In this document: piece after piece, positions 28,864 through 37,150 of the stretch
Layout: the number at the start of each line of letters is the position of its first letter
How positions within the stretch are numbered: position 1 is the stretch's first letter
Sequence record: SRR31156797_3442
Direction: 5' to 3' (one strand)
Length of the DNA: 51,877 bases
The notes under the pieces: generated by a model
Seen by the model: only the letters and a program-made list of their open reading frames with translations
The model's database searches: none
Told to the model about the DNA's origin: nothing
Translations under genes and position numbers: made by a program

Positions 28864-29892
28864 TTATTCGGCGTACAGTGGTTTTTCTTTTTTGGCGACT
28901 ACTTCGCCGACAATTGCCGATGCAGGATAACCCGAAGCCTGGAGTTTTGCCAGGGTTTCATCAGCTTTAGTTTGATCCACACACATGAGCAGGCCGCCGG
29001 AGGTTTGTGCATCAAAAAGCAGCATTTTATGATTGTAATCCAATTTATCATTAAAAACACATTGCTCACCAACAAAATCCATATTTCGGAATGAAGCTCC
29101 CGGAATAACACCCATATCTATCAGTTGGATGATTTGATCGAAAAGGGGGATTTTACCGGTATTGAGATTAATAGTAACGCCGCTGCCTGTAGCCATTTTG
29201 AGTGCATGTCCGGCCAAACCGAAACCGGTGATGTCAGTCGCACATTTTACGCCGGCGTCCTGCATGATTTCAGCACCATTTTTATTCAACAACGACATGC
29301 TGTCAATAGCCTGCCTGTAAAGTTTTTCATCGATGAGCCCGTTTTTCCAGGCTGAGATGATCACACCCGTACCGATGGGTTTGGTCAGGATCAGCACATC
29401 GCCGGGTTTAGCTGCATTGTTGGTGATGATTTTTTCGGGGTGTACATGGCCGGTAACAGCGAGGCCGTATTTGGGTATTTCATCCGTGATGGTGTGGCCG
29501 CCCATCATCACTCCACCGGCTTCTGTAACTTTTTCCTGACCGCCACGGAGAATTTCTTTCAGGTATTTCAGGGGTTGGTTTTCGGGATATAAAACCAGGT
29601 TCATTGCCGTGATTACCTGTCCGCCCATGGCGTAAATGTCGCTTAGCGCATTGGCTGCTGCCACCTTACCAAAATCGTAAGGATCGGAACATACAGGCGG
29701 AAAAAAATCGGTGGTCTGGATAATCGCGTAGTCATCGTTAATTTTATACACACCGCCATCATCGTGGGTTTCGATGTCCACCAGTAAGTTGGGGTGCGAT
29801 ATTTTGGGCAGGTCGGCAAGTGCTTTTTCCAGTTCGCTGGCAGACAGCTTTGCAGAGCATCCACCCTGATCAACAAGTTTTAATAGGTCCAT
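28864..29892 (-). CDS. selD: Selenide, water dikinase (selenophosphate synthetase), Cys-type
   Basis: GGCSAK (TGC codon), QTTDFFPPV, ANALSDIYAMGG, GGHT, TKPIGTG, TDITGFGLAGH and DAQTSGGLL. Confidence 0.96.
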   Translation of the reverse strand: MDLLKLVDQGGCSAKLSASELEKALADLPKISHPNLLVDIETHDDGGVYKINDDYAIIQTTDFFPPVCSDPYDFGKVAAANALSDIYAMGGQVITAMNLVLYPENQPLKYLKEILRGGQEKVTEAGGVMMGGHTITDEIPKYGLAVTGHVHPEKIITNNAAKPGDVLILTKPIGTGVIISAWKNGLIDEKLYRQAIDSMSLLNKNGAEIMQDAGVKCATDITGFGLAGHALKMATGSGVTINLNTGKIPLFDQIIQLIDMGVIPGASFRNMDFVGEQCVFNDKLDYNHKMLLFDAQTSGGLLMCVDQTKADETLAKLQASGYPASAIVGEVVAKKEKPLYAE

Positions 29893-29901
29893 AATCAACA
29901 A

Positions 29902-30510
29902 TTAAAAATTCAACACTTTGCCTGCCGATTTCATGCTTTCCAGGATATCGAGCATGTTCGAAACCCGGCCTACTTCCAGATCGTCCATCTTGCCAAAATA
30001 ATCCAGGCAGGTGCCGCAAACGACAATATCCACTCCTTTCTCCTTCAATTCTTTAATGGGTTCGATAAAAAGTGAGCCCTTCACCACCAGGTTGATCCCG
30101 GAATTCATAAAGAGGATTTTATCCGGCAAAGATTCCATTGTATTAATTGTGTTGAGCATGGCTCCGGCAAGTGCTTCGCCGAGTTCATCCGACCCTTCAC
30201 CAATTCTGTCTTTCGACATAAAAACAACATAGCTGGATGATTGCGGAACATCAACGGAACAATAAGCGGTTTCGTCAACTTCTTCCAGGTCGGCACTGGT
30301 ATGGTTTACCAGCAGTTCGATCACATCGCCGTTTTTTTGTTCCGAATAGCTGATATCATTGTCGTTTAAAAAATGGGTTACATTTTTGGCTGAAGTTGGA
30401 TTGTCGATCAATATTTGCAGGCTCTCGTTTTCACCAATTTCCTTAAGTGCTTTCCTGGTTTCGATAAGTGGCATGGGGCATTGCTTGCCTTTTACGTCTA
30501 TGGTTTTCAT
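29902..30510 (-). CDS. yedF: Sulfurtransferase-like selenium metabolism protein YedF (SirA/TusA + DsrE domains)
   Basis: IDVKGKQCPMPLI (CPxP) N-domain; GEGSDELG, FMNSGI and CGTCLDYF C-domain; directly upstream of selD. Confidence 0.92.
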   Translation of the reverse strand: MKTIDVKGKQCPMPLIETRKALKEIGENESLQILIDNPTSAKNVTHFLNDNDISYSEQKNGDVIELLVNHTSADLEEVDETAYCSVDVPQSSSYVVFMSKDRIGEGSDELGEALAGAMLNTINTMESLPDKILFMNSGINLVVKGSLFIEPIKELKEKGVDIVVCGTCLDYFGKMDDLEVGRVSNMLDILESMKSAGKVLNF

Positions 30511-30589
30511 GATCTGGTAATAAAAATTAGTTTGTTATGTAGTTGTTTAGCGTGCAAATAAACGATTTTAACCACAGAAAAGTTTGCGT

Positions 30590-30616
30590 AAAGAAATCGA
30601 TGAAAAAGATTTCTTT
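30590..30616. promoter_or_regulatory. 9-9-9 inverted repeat, candidate operator
   Basis: AAAGAAATC-N9-GATTTCTTT in the 147-nt divergent intergenic region. Confidence 0.4.
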
Positions 30617-30657
30617 GTAAATTCACGGTTTTATAAATGTTAAAACCCAACCCATAA

Positions 30658-32616
30658 ATGAAAAAAATTATACTTATTGTTATTGGTGTGGTTTTGTGTA
30701 CCACTTTTCTAAACGCACAGTTCACAGCCGATCCCGGCGAAAACACCCAATTATCGGACCTGACCGGGGAACAAGCATTACCTAAGATTGCCACGTGTTC
30801 CGACGGCAGCATGTATGTTTCGTGGTTTTCAAACGAAAACAGCAATTATAACATGCGGCTGCAGTATCTTAATGTAAACGGAAACCCACAATGGGAAACC
30901 AATGGTATGCTCGTTAGCGAGGAGGAACAAATGTCGTGGCTAACAGATTATTCACTGAGTACCGATCCGGCAAATCATGCCATTGTTACTTTCCAGGATA
31001 TCCGCGAAGGCGGCAACAACAATCCTGTTGGGTATCGCGTGTCCCCGGCCGGTGAAATGGTATGGGGAGAAACAGGCATATTGTTATCCAACAATGCCAA
31101 TTTTGAGCCTGATCCTGTTGTATGCGCTACCCAAGCAGGCAACATTATTTTTGCCTGGCAGAGTGCAGGCGATGCCAATGAGGTTCATCTGCAAAAAGTT
31201 TCTCCGGATGGCGACCTGCTCTGGGGTAATGGAATTGTATTGGCCGAAAGCGGCATAGAATACACGTCACCATTTCTGGAGCCTGCCGATGGCGACTATG
31301 CGTTCCTGATCTGGCACAAGGAAACGGGCCCTTTCTGGGCGCCAGACCGTGGATTGTATGTTCAAAAGCTCGATGCTGAAGGCAATTTCATATGGACTGA
31401 AGCTGTAGAAATCTATGCACCGGCTCCTGCCGGGGCGGTAGTTTATCTTGATATGTGCCGGGATGATGAAGGTGGAATTGTATTTACCTGGTATGGCAAT
31501 GATGTGGGCACACATTTTAACTGCTGGGTACAACACATGGCTGCCGAGGGCAGTTTGTCGATGGCTCCAAACGGAGTGGTTGTTTCGCCTAACCAGGCTC
31601 GAAACCACATGTACCCAACGGTAGCCTTCCTTCCGGAAACGGATGAAATTATTGCATTTTTTAGCGAGCAGGACCTGAACCAAAACATGCGTGGTCTTTA
31701 CGCCCAAAAGTTTGATATGCAGGGTAATCTTCAGTGGACCGACAATGGCAAGGAACTGATCGCCCTTTCGGATAATGATTATTCTTTGCCGCAGGCAGGC
31801 GGGTTTACCGACAAAGCCATTTGTATTTATGGAGCTTATGAATTTGGAAATGTGGTTGATGAGAAAGTTCAGGCCGTTATGCTCGATTCAGACGGCGAAT
31901 TTGTCTGGGAAAATGAGTTTATCGACATGAGTACAGTGCAAAGTTCAAAGCTGCATCGTGATATGTCGCAATTGAATTCCGGCCAGTGGGTTGCTGTTTG
32001 GGGAGATGAACGGAATGGCAACCGTGATATTTATGCACAAAACATTCATCCCGATGGCAGTCTCGGTCCCGGATCTGTTCAGGAAGGAAAAATCCAGGGA
32101 TTTGTTCGTGACGCTGTAACGAATATTGCCATCGAAAGCGCTACCATTACGGCCACAAATATGGATGACAGTTACGAAACTTCCGAAACACCATTTGGAT
32201 CGCATTTCAGTTTTATGGTTCCTGTAGGCATGTACGACCTGACCTGTGAAGCCAATGGATACCAGATGGCAGAAGCAACGGGGATGGAAGTTATTGCCAA
32301 TCAAAACCTGAATTATACGTTTTATCTTGAGCCCGTTGACCAGATTACTTCAACCGAAATGATTGCTGTCAGTAGTGTTCAACTTTGGCCCAATCCAGCT
32401 AATGATCAGCTTTGTTTTTCTGTATCACAATTCCGTGAAAGTGCGGTGACTGTTACCATTTGGGATATTCGTGGTAGTTTAGTCAAACAGATTGAAATCA
32501 ACGCAGCTGCTGAAAACATAATCAATCTGGATGTTTCAGATTTAAATCCGGGCATATATAGTCTTAGCGTTCTTACAAACCAAAATAAGTATCAACAAAA
32601 ATTTATCAAAAACTAA
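30658..32616 (+). CDS. Secreted T9SS type A CTD protein with repeated beta-propeller-like blades
   Basis: Signal peptide; about 8 repeats of the (Y/L)xQx(L/F)xxxGxxxW type; carboxypeptidase-regulatory-like domain (GKIQGFVRDA); CTD LWPNPA...PGIYSL...KFIKN. Confidence 0.88.
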   Translation: MKKIILIVIGVVLCTTFLNAQFTADPGENTQLSDLTGEQALPKIATCSDGSMYVSWFSNENSNYNMRLQYLNVNGNPQWETNGMLVSEEEQMSWLTDYSLSTDPANHAIVTFQDIREGGNNNPVGYRVSPAGEMVWGETGILLSNNANFEPDPVVCATQAGNIIFAWQSAGDANEVHLQKVSPDGDLLWGNGIVLAESGIEYTSPFLEPADGDYAFLIWHKETGPFWAPDRGLYVQKLDAEGNFIWTEAVEIYAPAPAGAVVYLDMCRDDEGGIVFTWYGNDVGTHFNCWVQHMAAEGSLSMAPNGVVVSPNQARNHMYPTVAFLPETDEIIAFFSEQDLNQNMRGLYAQKFDMQGNLQWTDNGKELIALSDNDYSLPQAGGFTDKAICIYGAYEFGNVVDEKVQAVMLDSDGEFVWENEFIDMSTVQSSKLHRDMSQLNSGQWVAVWGDERNGNRDIYAQNIHPDGSLGPGSVQEGKIQGFVRDAVTNIAIESATITATNMDDSYETSETPFGSHFSFMVPVGMYDLTCEANGYQMAEATGMEVIANQNLNYTFYLEPVDQITSTEMIAVSSVQLWPNPANDQLCFSVSQFRESAVTVTIWDIRGSLVKQIEINAAAENIINLDVSDLNPGIYSLSVLTNQNKYQQKFIKN

Positions 32617-32620
32617 AAAA

Positions 32621-35620
32621 ATGAAAAACATTATCTTTTTATTATTCACAGTTTTAGGTATTACACTTGCCACGCAGGCACAGGAGTACACATTGCAAAA
32701 ATCTGTCACAGATGCGGAAAAAGGCACAACAATGGAATTTCAGCTCAGTGATAAACCAACTGCCTTCCAGGAGGCTTTTACAACCGGTGGATCAGCCAGG
32801 GAGCCGGAAATTAACTGGCAAACTACTGAAGCTGCTGCCGTCGGGTCAAAAATTGTTGTTTCCGGAGCATCGGGATATACATTTAATTCATGGTGGCTCA
32901 ACGACGAAAGGGTTGCACTTTATGATGATTCCCCTACTCCTGTGTGGGATTATCCAATTCCGGTAGAATGGGAATACCCTATTGATATGACACCGGATGG
33001 AGCTTATATGGTAGCCGGTTACGATAGTGTTTTCCAGGTGTTTTCGTCAGCCTCACAAAGCCTTATCTGGGAAAAAATCACCACAGCAAACATCATCGGA
33101 ACCAAACTTAGTGAAGACGGAAACACGGTTTATGTGGTTGAAAACCTGCCCGATGGTCACGACGAATGCAATGTTTCGGCGTATGAGGTTGGAAATGATG
33201 TACCGGTCTGGCAAACCAACTTTCCGGGTCAGGGCACTGCATTTGCCGCTTCCGGCGATCGTTCAAAGCTGGCGTTTTGCCAATATACCGGATACAATAA
33301 ATTGTGGGTAATCGACACCGAAGAGGGATCAGTAATTTTCGACACCTATTATAAAAATCAAAATCCTCCGGCATTCAGCTACACCGGAGATTTTTTACTT
33401 AACGGAGATTATGACGGCTATGCCTTTTTATATGAATACGATCAAACGTTGGAATCCTACACTGAAAAATGGCATTTTAAAGTTGGTGGCGGAGGAACAT
33501 CCGCGTGGGTAGTCGGCATGGATGTTTCAGCTGACGGAACAACTGCGGCCATTGGAACACTGGTATTTGTTAGCGGAGGTTATGATGGTGAAATCTATAC
33601 CTTCAACACCTATTCTCCTGAACCCTTATGGGTTTTCGAACATGCCGGCGACCAGGTTACATCGGTTGCAATATCTGATGACGGATCTTTGATTGCTGCC
33701 GGTGGTTATGGGCCGCTCGATCATTCCAAACCAGATTTTTATCTTTTCCGCAAGCAATCAGCCTCACCTATTTTTAATATAAACACAGCAGGATCTTTTA
33801 ATGCAGTTGATATTTCAGCCGACGGCATGCTGTGCAGTGTTACCGGAAAAGCTGTGCATGCCCGTGAGTTTGGTAGTGGTGGATTACTTTATAATATCAA
33901 CTCCAACCCGGGAGGAGGCAAGCTTGAAGGCGCGGCCAATGTTGATGGCGTGAGGATTGAAATAATGGGTATTGATGATTATTACGCCTACAGTGATGAT
34001 ACAGGAGATTATTTCATGAAATATATCCCCGAAGGAACATATTCGGTAAAAGCATCTAAGGTAGGCTACTACCCGGTGACGGAGGAAAACGTTGTGATTT
34101 CTGAAGGAGAAACCACCACACTTGATTTCACCCTTGAAGCAACAGGTAATCCACCTAACGATTTGATTGCATCAAAAGGAGCCGGATTGTCTGTGTATCT
34201 GAGCTGGAATTACGACCAGCCCGGAGAAGTTTTGGGATACAACGTTTACCGCAAGACTCTTGCCGAAATACAGTTTCCGGATGAGCCGGTTGCATTTGTT
34301 GAGCATGATGTTTTTGAATATTATGATGAAGACACACAACCCCTCATTGAATATTATTATGCAGTTACTGCATTAATCGAAACGGATACCCAAAGCCCTT
34401 ATTCTAACACAGATCAGGGTTTTTTGTCTAATGGATTTGTAATTGATGAGATAAGTGTATACGTTGGATCCACACCAGTGATTGATGGAATAATTGATGA
34501 GGGTGAGTGGGAAGATGCTTTTGCTATGGATGCTTCCGATTTTTTGGGAACCTACGACAATATGGCCAATCCTGTGGGGAGCGTGGTAATGGCCTATAAA
34601 ATGAATGAAGACCTTACGGAACTTTATGTGGCATGTATAAACGAAAATGATACTGTGCTGGAAGATCACGATGAAGTGGCTTTGTACATTGATGACAATA
34701 ACGATGGCAGTTATCCGCCTTCAGGCGATGATTCGGAGGGTAACTACTGGGCTGCGTATTATGCTGCCGGCAATGAGCTAAAATACAGACCGATCTACAA
34801 TACAGGTGGAGTAGGAGATGTATTTTACCTGGAAAACCCGCAACTGGAAGTTTCAGATGAAATGGGCTATGTTGTGTATGAATTCATGATCCCGATTGGT
34901 GATGATGAGAACTGGAAAATCAGCCCGGATGAAAACATGCAGAGTGGAATGTTTCTTTTTGTCCTTGACGACCCCAGTAATTTTGACGGGTATTGGCCAT
35001 GCCAGAATTTGCGCATATTCGTGCCTTCAGGCTACGGAACCCTCACTTTAAATGCTGAAGATGTAACACCCGAACCTCCGGCCGAAACCGACATTTGGTG
35101 GAATATCGATATCCCGCCCATGATCATTCTGAGTTGGAGTCAGCCCGAAATGAATGACTTTAGCCATTTCAATGTGTACATGAATGAATCAGGGAGTTTT
35201 GAACTGATGGATGATACCGAGGGCACACAACTTTACTATTTTTCCTCCAATACCGATTATAAAGAGTTTTATGTAACCACGGTTGATATGGCAGGAAATG
35301 AGTCAGAGCCATCGGAGGTCATGATTTATGATATTACCCTGGGACTCACCAATGATCAACTCGCTCAGGATGTTACAGTTTATCCCAACCCGGCAAGGCG
35401 GGCAGTACATTTTACAGTTGTTAATGAAAAAGTTTCCGAATGTAATCTTTCTGTTTTTGATGCCTCAGGAAACCTGATCGACGAAGTATTTAGAGGTAGA
35501 CTTGCCAACGGCTCGCATCATTTTAGCTGGGATGGCTCAAAAGCACCCGCCGGTGTTTATTTCCTAAGAATAAATAATGGTATGAGTAATGTTTCCAGAA
35601 AAATAATTTTAACGAGATAA
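32621..35620 (+). CDS. Secreted T9SS type A CTD multidomain protein (beta-propeller, carboxypeptidase-regulatory-like, FN3, CBM9-like)
   Basis: Signal peptide; VAISDDGS/VDISADG blades; PEGTYSVKASKVGY; LSWNY...GYNVYR...YYYAVTA; PVIDGIIDEGEW; VDMAGNESEPS; CTD VYPNPA...AGVYFLRI...KIILTR. Confidence 0.88.
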   Translation: MKNIIFLLFTVLGITLATQAQEYTLQKSVTDAEKGTTMEFQLSDKPTAFQEAFTTGGSAREPEINWQTTEAAAVGSKIVVSGASGYTFNSWWLNDERVALYDDSPTPVWDYPIPVEWEYPIDMTPDGAYMVAGYDSVFQVFSSASQSLIWEKITTANIIGTKLSEDGNTVYVVENLPDGHDECNVSAYEVGNDVPVWQTNFPGQGTAFAASGDRSKLAFCQYTGYNKLWVIDTEEGSVIFDTYYKNQNPPAFSYTGDFLLNGDYDGYAFLYEYDQTLESYTEKWHFKVGGGGTSAWVVGMDVSADGTTAAIGTLVFVSGGYDGEIYTFNTYSPEPLWVFEHAGDQVTSVAISDDGSLIAAGGYGPLDHSKPDFYLFRKQSASPIFNINTAGSFNAVDISADGMLCSVTGKAVHAREFGSGGLLYNINSNPGGGKLEGAANVDGVRIEIMGIDDYYAYSDDTGDYFMKYIPEGTYSVKASKVGYYPVTEENVVISEGETTTLDFTLEATGNPPNDLIASKGAGLSVYLSWNYDQPGEVLGYNVYRKTLAEIQFPDEPVAFVEHDVFEYYDEDTQPLIEYYYAVTALIETDTQSPYSNTDQGFLSNGFVIDEISVYVGSTPVIDGIIDEGEWEDAFAMDASDFLGTYDNMANPVGSVVMAYKMNEDLTELYVACINENDTVLEDHDEVALYIDDNNDGSYPPSGDDSEGNYWAAYYAAGNELKYRPIYNTGGVGDVFYLENPQLEVSDEMGYVVYEFMIPIGDDENWKISPDENMQSGMFLFVLDDPSNFDGYWPCQNLRIFVPSGYGTLTLNAEDVTPEPPAETDIWWNIDIPPMIILSWSQPEMNDFSHFNVYMNESGSFELMDDTEGTQLYYFSSNTDYKEFYVTTVDMAGNESEPSEVMIYDITLGLTNDQLAQDVTVYPNPARRAVHFTVVNEKVSECNLSVFDASGNLIDEVFRGRLANGSHHFSWDGSKAPAGVYFLRINNGMSNVSRKIILTR

Positions 35621-35636
35621 TAACGAAAATTAATCC

Positions 35637-35676
35637 AAAAAACCCGGAGCGTTTAGAACATTCCGGGTTTTTTTTT
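35637..35676. terminator. Bidirectional rho-independent terminator
   Basis: AAAAAACCCGGA-N13-TCCGGGTTTTTTTTT between convergent ORFs. Confidence 0.85.
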
Positions 35677-35702
35677 GTGTTGAGAGTTATTTCAAAACGA
35701 TA

Positions 35703-35903
35703 TCAGGTGAAGGTGAAATAGATCAGCACAAAAAGTAAAGCCGTATCAAATACCAGTCCGGCCATGATATATCGCCAAACTTGTTGGCTTACTGAGTTAT
35801 TTAGTTCATCATTAAAAGGGCCATAAATAAAAAATAACGGAAACAAGAACGCCCCCATTTTCAGCAGGAATTTCACAGGAGCTTTATGATAAATTGGTAT
35901 CAT
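35703..35903 (-). CDS. Putative small membrane protein (66 aa)
   Basis: ATG start, two hydrophobic segments, upstream TAACTTAG -7-like box (35930-35937) and downstream terminator; no recognised family. Confidence 0.4.
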   Translation of the reverse strand: MIPIYHKAPVKFLLKMGAFLFPLFFIYGPFNDELNNSVSQQVWRYIMAGLVFDTALLFVLIYFTFT

Positions 35904-36039
35904 GGTAAATGGATGCTAATTTCTGATTGCTAAGTTACAACATCGAAATACTGAAAACAACACCCATTATATGATCGGGAATTTTCAGTTTACGGATGGA
36001 ATATTCCGGCCTATTGCCCGCAGGTTATTTGAGGAAAAT

Positions 36040-36076
36040 AAAAAATCCGGCAAGGTTTATAAAAACGTAAGCCGGA
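36040..36076 (-). terminator. Probable terminator after the pseudouridine synthase gene
   Basis: Minus strand TCCGGC-N19-GCCGGA followed by TTTTTT. Confidence 0.5.
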
Positions 36077-36101
36077 CTCATAAAAATCGTTTTGTAGTTG
36101 G

Positions 36102-37097
36102 TTACATCATCCTCAACACATTCAATTCCCTTTCTGTGAGGTGGCGATAGCGTCCGCGGGGCAGGTCTTTTTTGGTGAGGCCGGCAAAAAACACACGGTC
36201 CAGTTTCACAATTTTATAACCCAATGATTCAAAAATGCGGCGCACAACCCGGTTTTTTCCGGAGTGCAACTCAATGCCTACCTGGCTCCGGTCTTTCCCG
36301 TCACCAACATAATCAACGGCATCAGGTTTTATAATTCCATCATCCAGCTTCACACCTTCAGCAATCTCTTCCATGTGGGCATGGCTAACAGGCTGATCCA
36401 AATGCACATGGTAAATTTTTTTCATATTGTTGCTGGGATGCGTCAGTTTTTTTGCCAGTTCACCATCATTGGTAAATAACAACAAGCCTGTGGTATTGCG
36501 ATCGAGGCGACCGACCGGATAAATCCTTTCCTTGCAGGCCCTGTCAACCAGCATCATTACGGTATTGCGTTTTTCAGGGTCATCGGTAGTGGTGATGTAT
36601 CCTTTGGGTTTATTGAGCAAAACATAACGATGCTTTTCCGAAACCAGTGTTTCGCCACCCACCTGCACCTTGTCCGTGGGGCTTACTTTTGCTCCAAGCT
36701 CCGAAACCACTTCTCCATTAACTTTTACGGCACCGGTTTCGATAAGCGTGTCAGCTTCGCGGCGGGAACAAACACCAGAGTGCGCGATAAATTTGTTAAG
36801 CCTTATCAATCCGCTATCAGCTACATTATCCGTGGACTTTTTGCCTGGCCTGCGTTTTGATTGATCCACCGGGGCCTTTCTGCGTGGCTTTTTATCAAAC
36901 GGTTCTTCTCCCACTTCTCTGAAACGGTCACCTATCAGTTTTGCTGTGTTGTGCGATCCTTTTGATTTAGCAGGGCCTGATCCCCGAGATTTTTTTCCGG
37001 GGCGGGTTGGTGAATCCTTCTTCTTGATGAATTTTGAAAAGTCACCGTGTTTCTTCTTACCTCCTGAACGTGGTTTATCTTTGTTGCTCATATCCAT
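36102..37097 (-). CDS. rRNA pseudouridine synthase (RsuA/RluB family) with S4 domain and basic N-terminal extension
   Basis: IRLNKFIAHSGVCSRREAD, LLNKPKG, YPVGRLDRNTTGLLLFTNDG and SGKNRVVRR; start 37097 or 37091. Confidence 0.93.
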   Translation of the reverse strand: MDMSNKDKPRSGGKKKHGDFSKFIKKKDSPTRPGKKSRGSGPAKSKGSHNTAKLIGDRFREVGEEPFDKKPRRKAPVDQSKRRPGKKSTDNVADSGLIRLNKFIAHSGVCSRREADTLIETGAVKVNGEVVSELGAKVSPTDKVQVGGETLVSEKHRYVLLNKPKGYITTTDDPEKRNTVMMLVDRACKERIYPVGRLDRNTTGLLLFTNDGELAKKLTHPSNNMKKIYHVHLDQPVSHAHMEEIAEGVKLDDGIIKPDAVDYVGDGKDRSQVGIELHSGKNRVVRRIFESLGYKIVKLDRVFFAGLTKKDLPRGRYRHLTERELNVLRMM

Positions 37098-37112
37098 ATT
37101 AAAATTGGAGCG

Positions 37113-37120
37113 CAAAAGTA
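37113..37120 (-). promoter_or_regulatory. -7 promoter element (TACTTTTG)
   Basis: TAnnTTTG upstream of the pseudouridine synthase ATG. Confidence 0.6.
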
Positions 37121-37150
37121 TAAAATCTGTACAAACATAGGCCGGAAAAA

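Noticed and set aside
24614-30510. Selenocysteine (UGA) recoding in selD, the fusion, mnmH or yedF
   Set aside because: The catalytic positions checked in both SelD domains are TGC (Cys), and all four frames are full length without in-frame TGA. No selA/selB/selC was seen in the window.
30507-30845. 112-aa minus-strand ORF upstream of yedF
   Set aside because: It overlaps the T9SS gene antisense and spans the divergent promoter region, with no recognisable protein features.
35620-35705. TGA readthrough of the 66-aa ORF as a selenoprotein
   Set aside because: The extension would run through the terminator and antisense into the T9SS gene, and there is no redox motif around the TGA.
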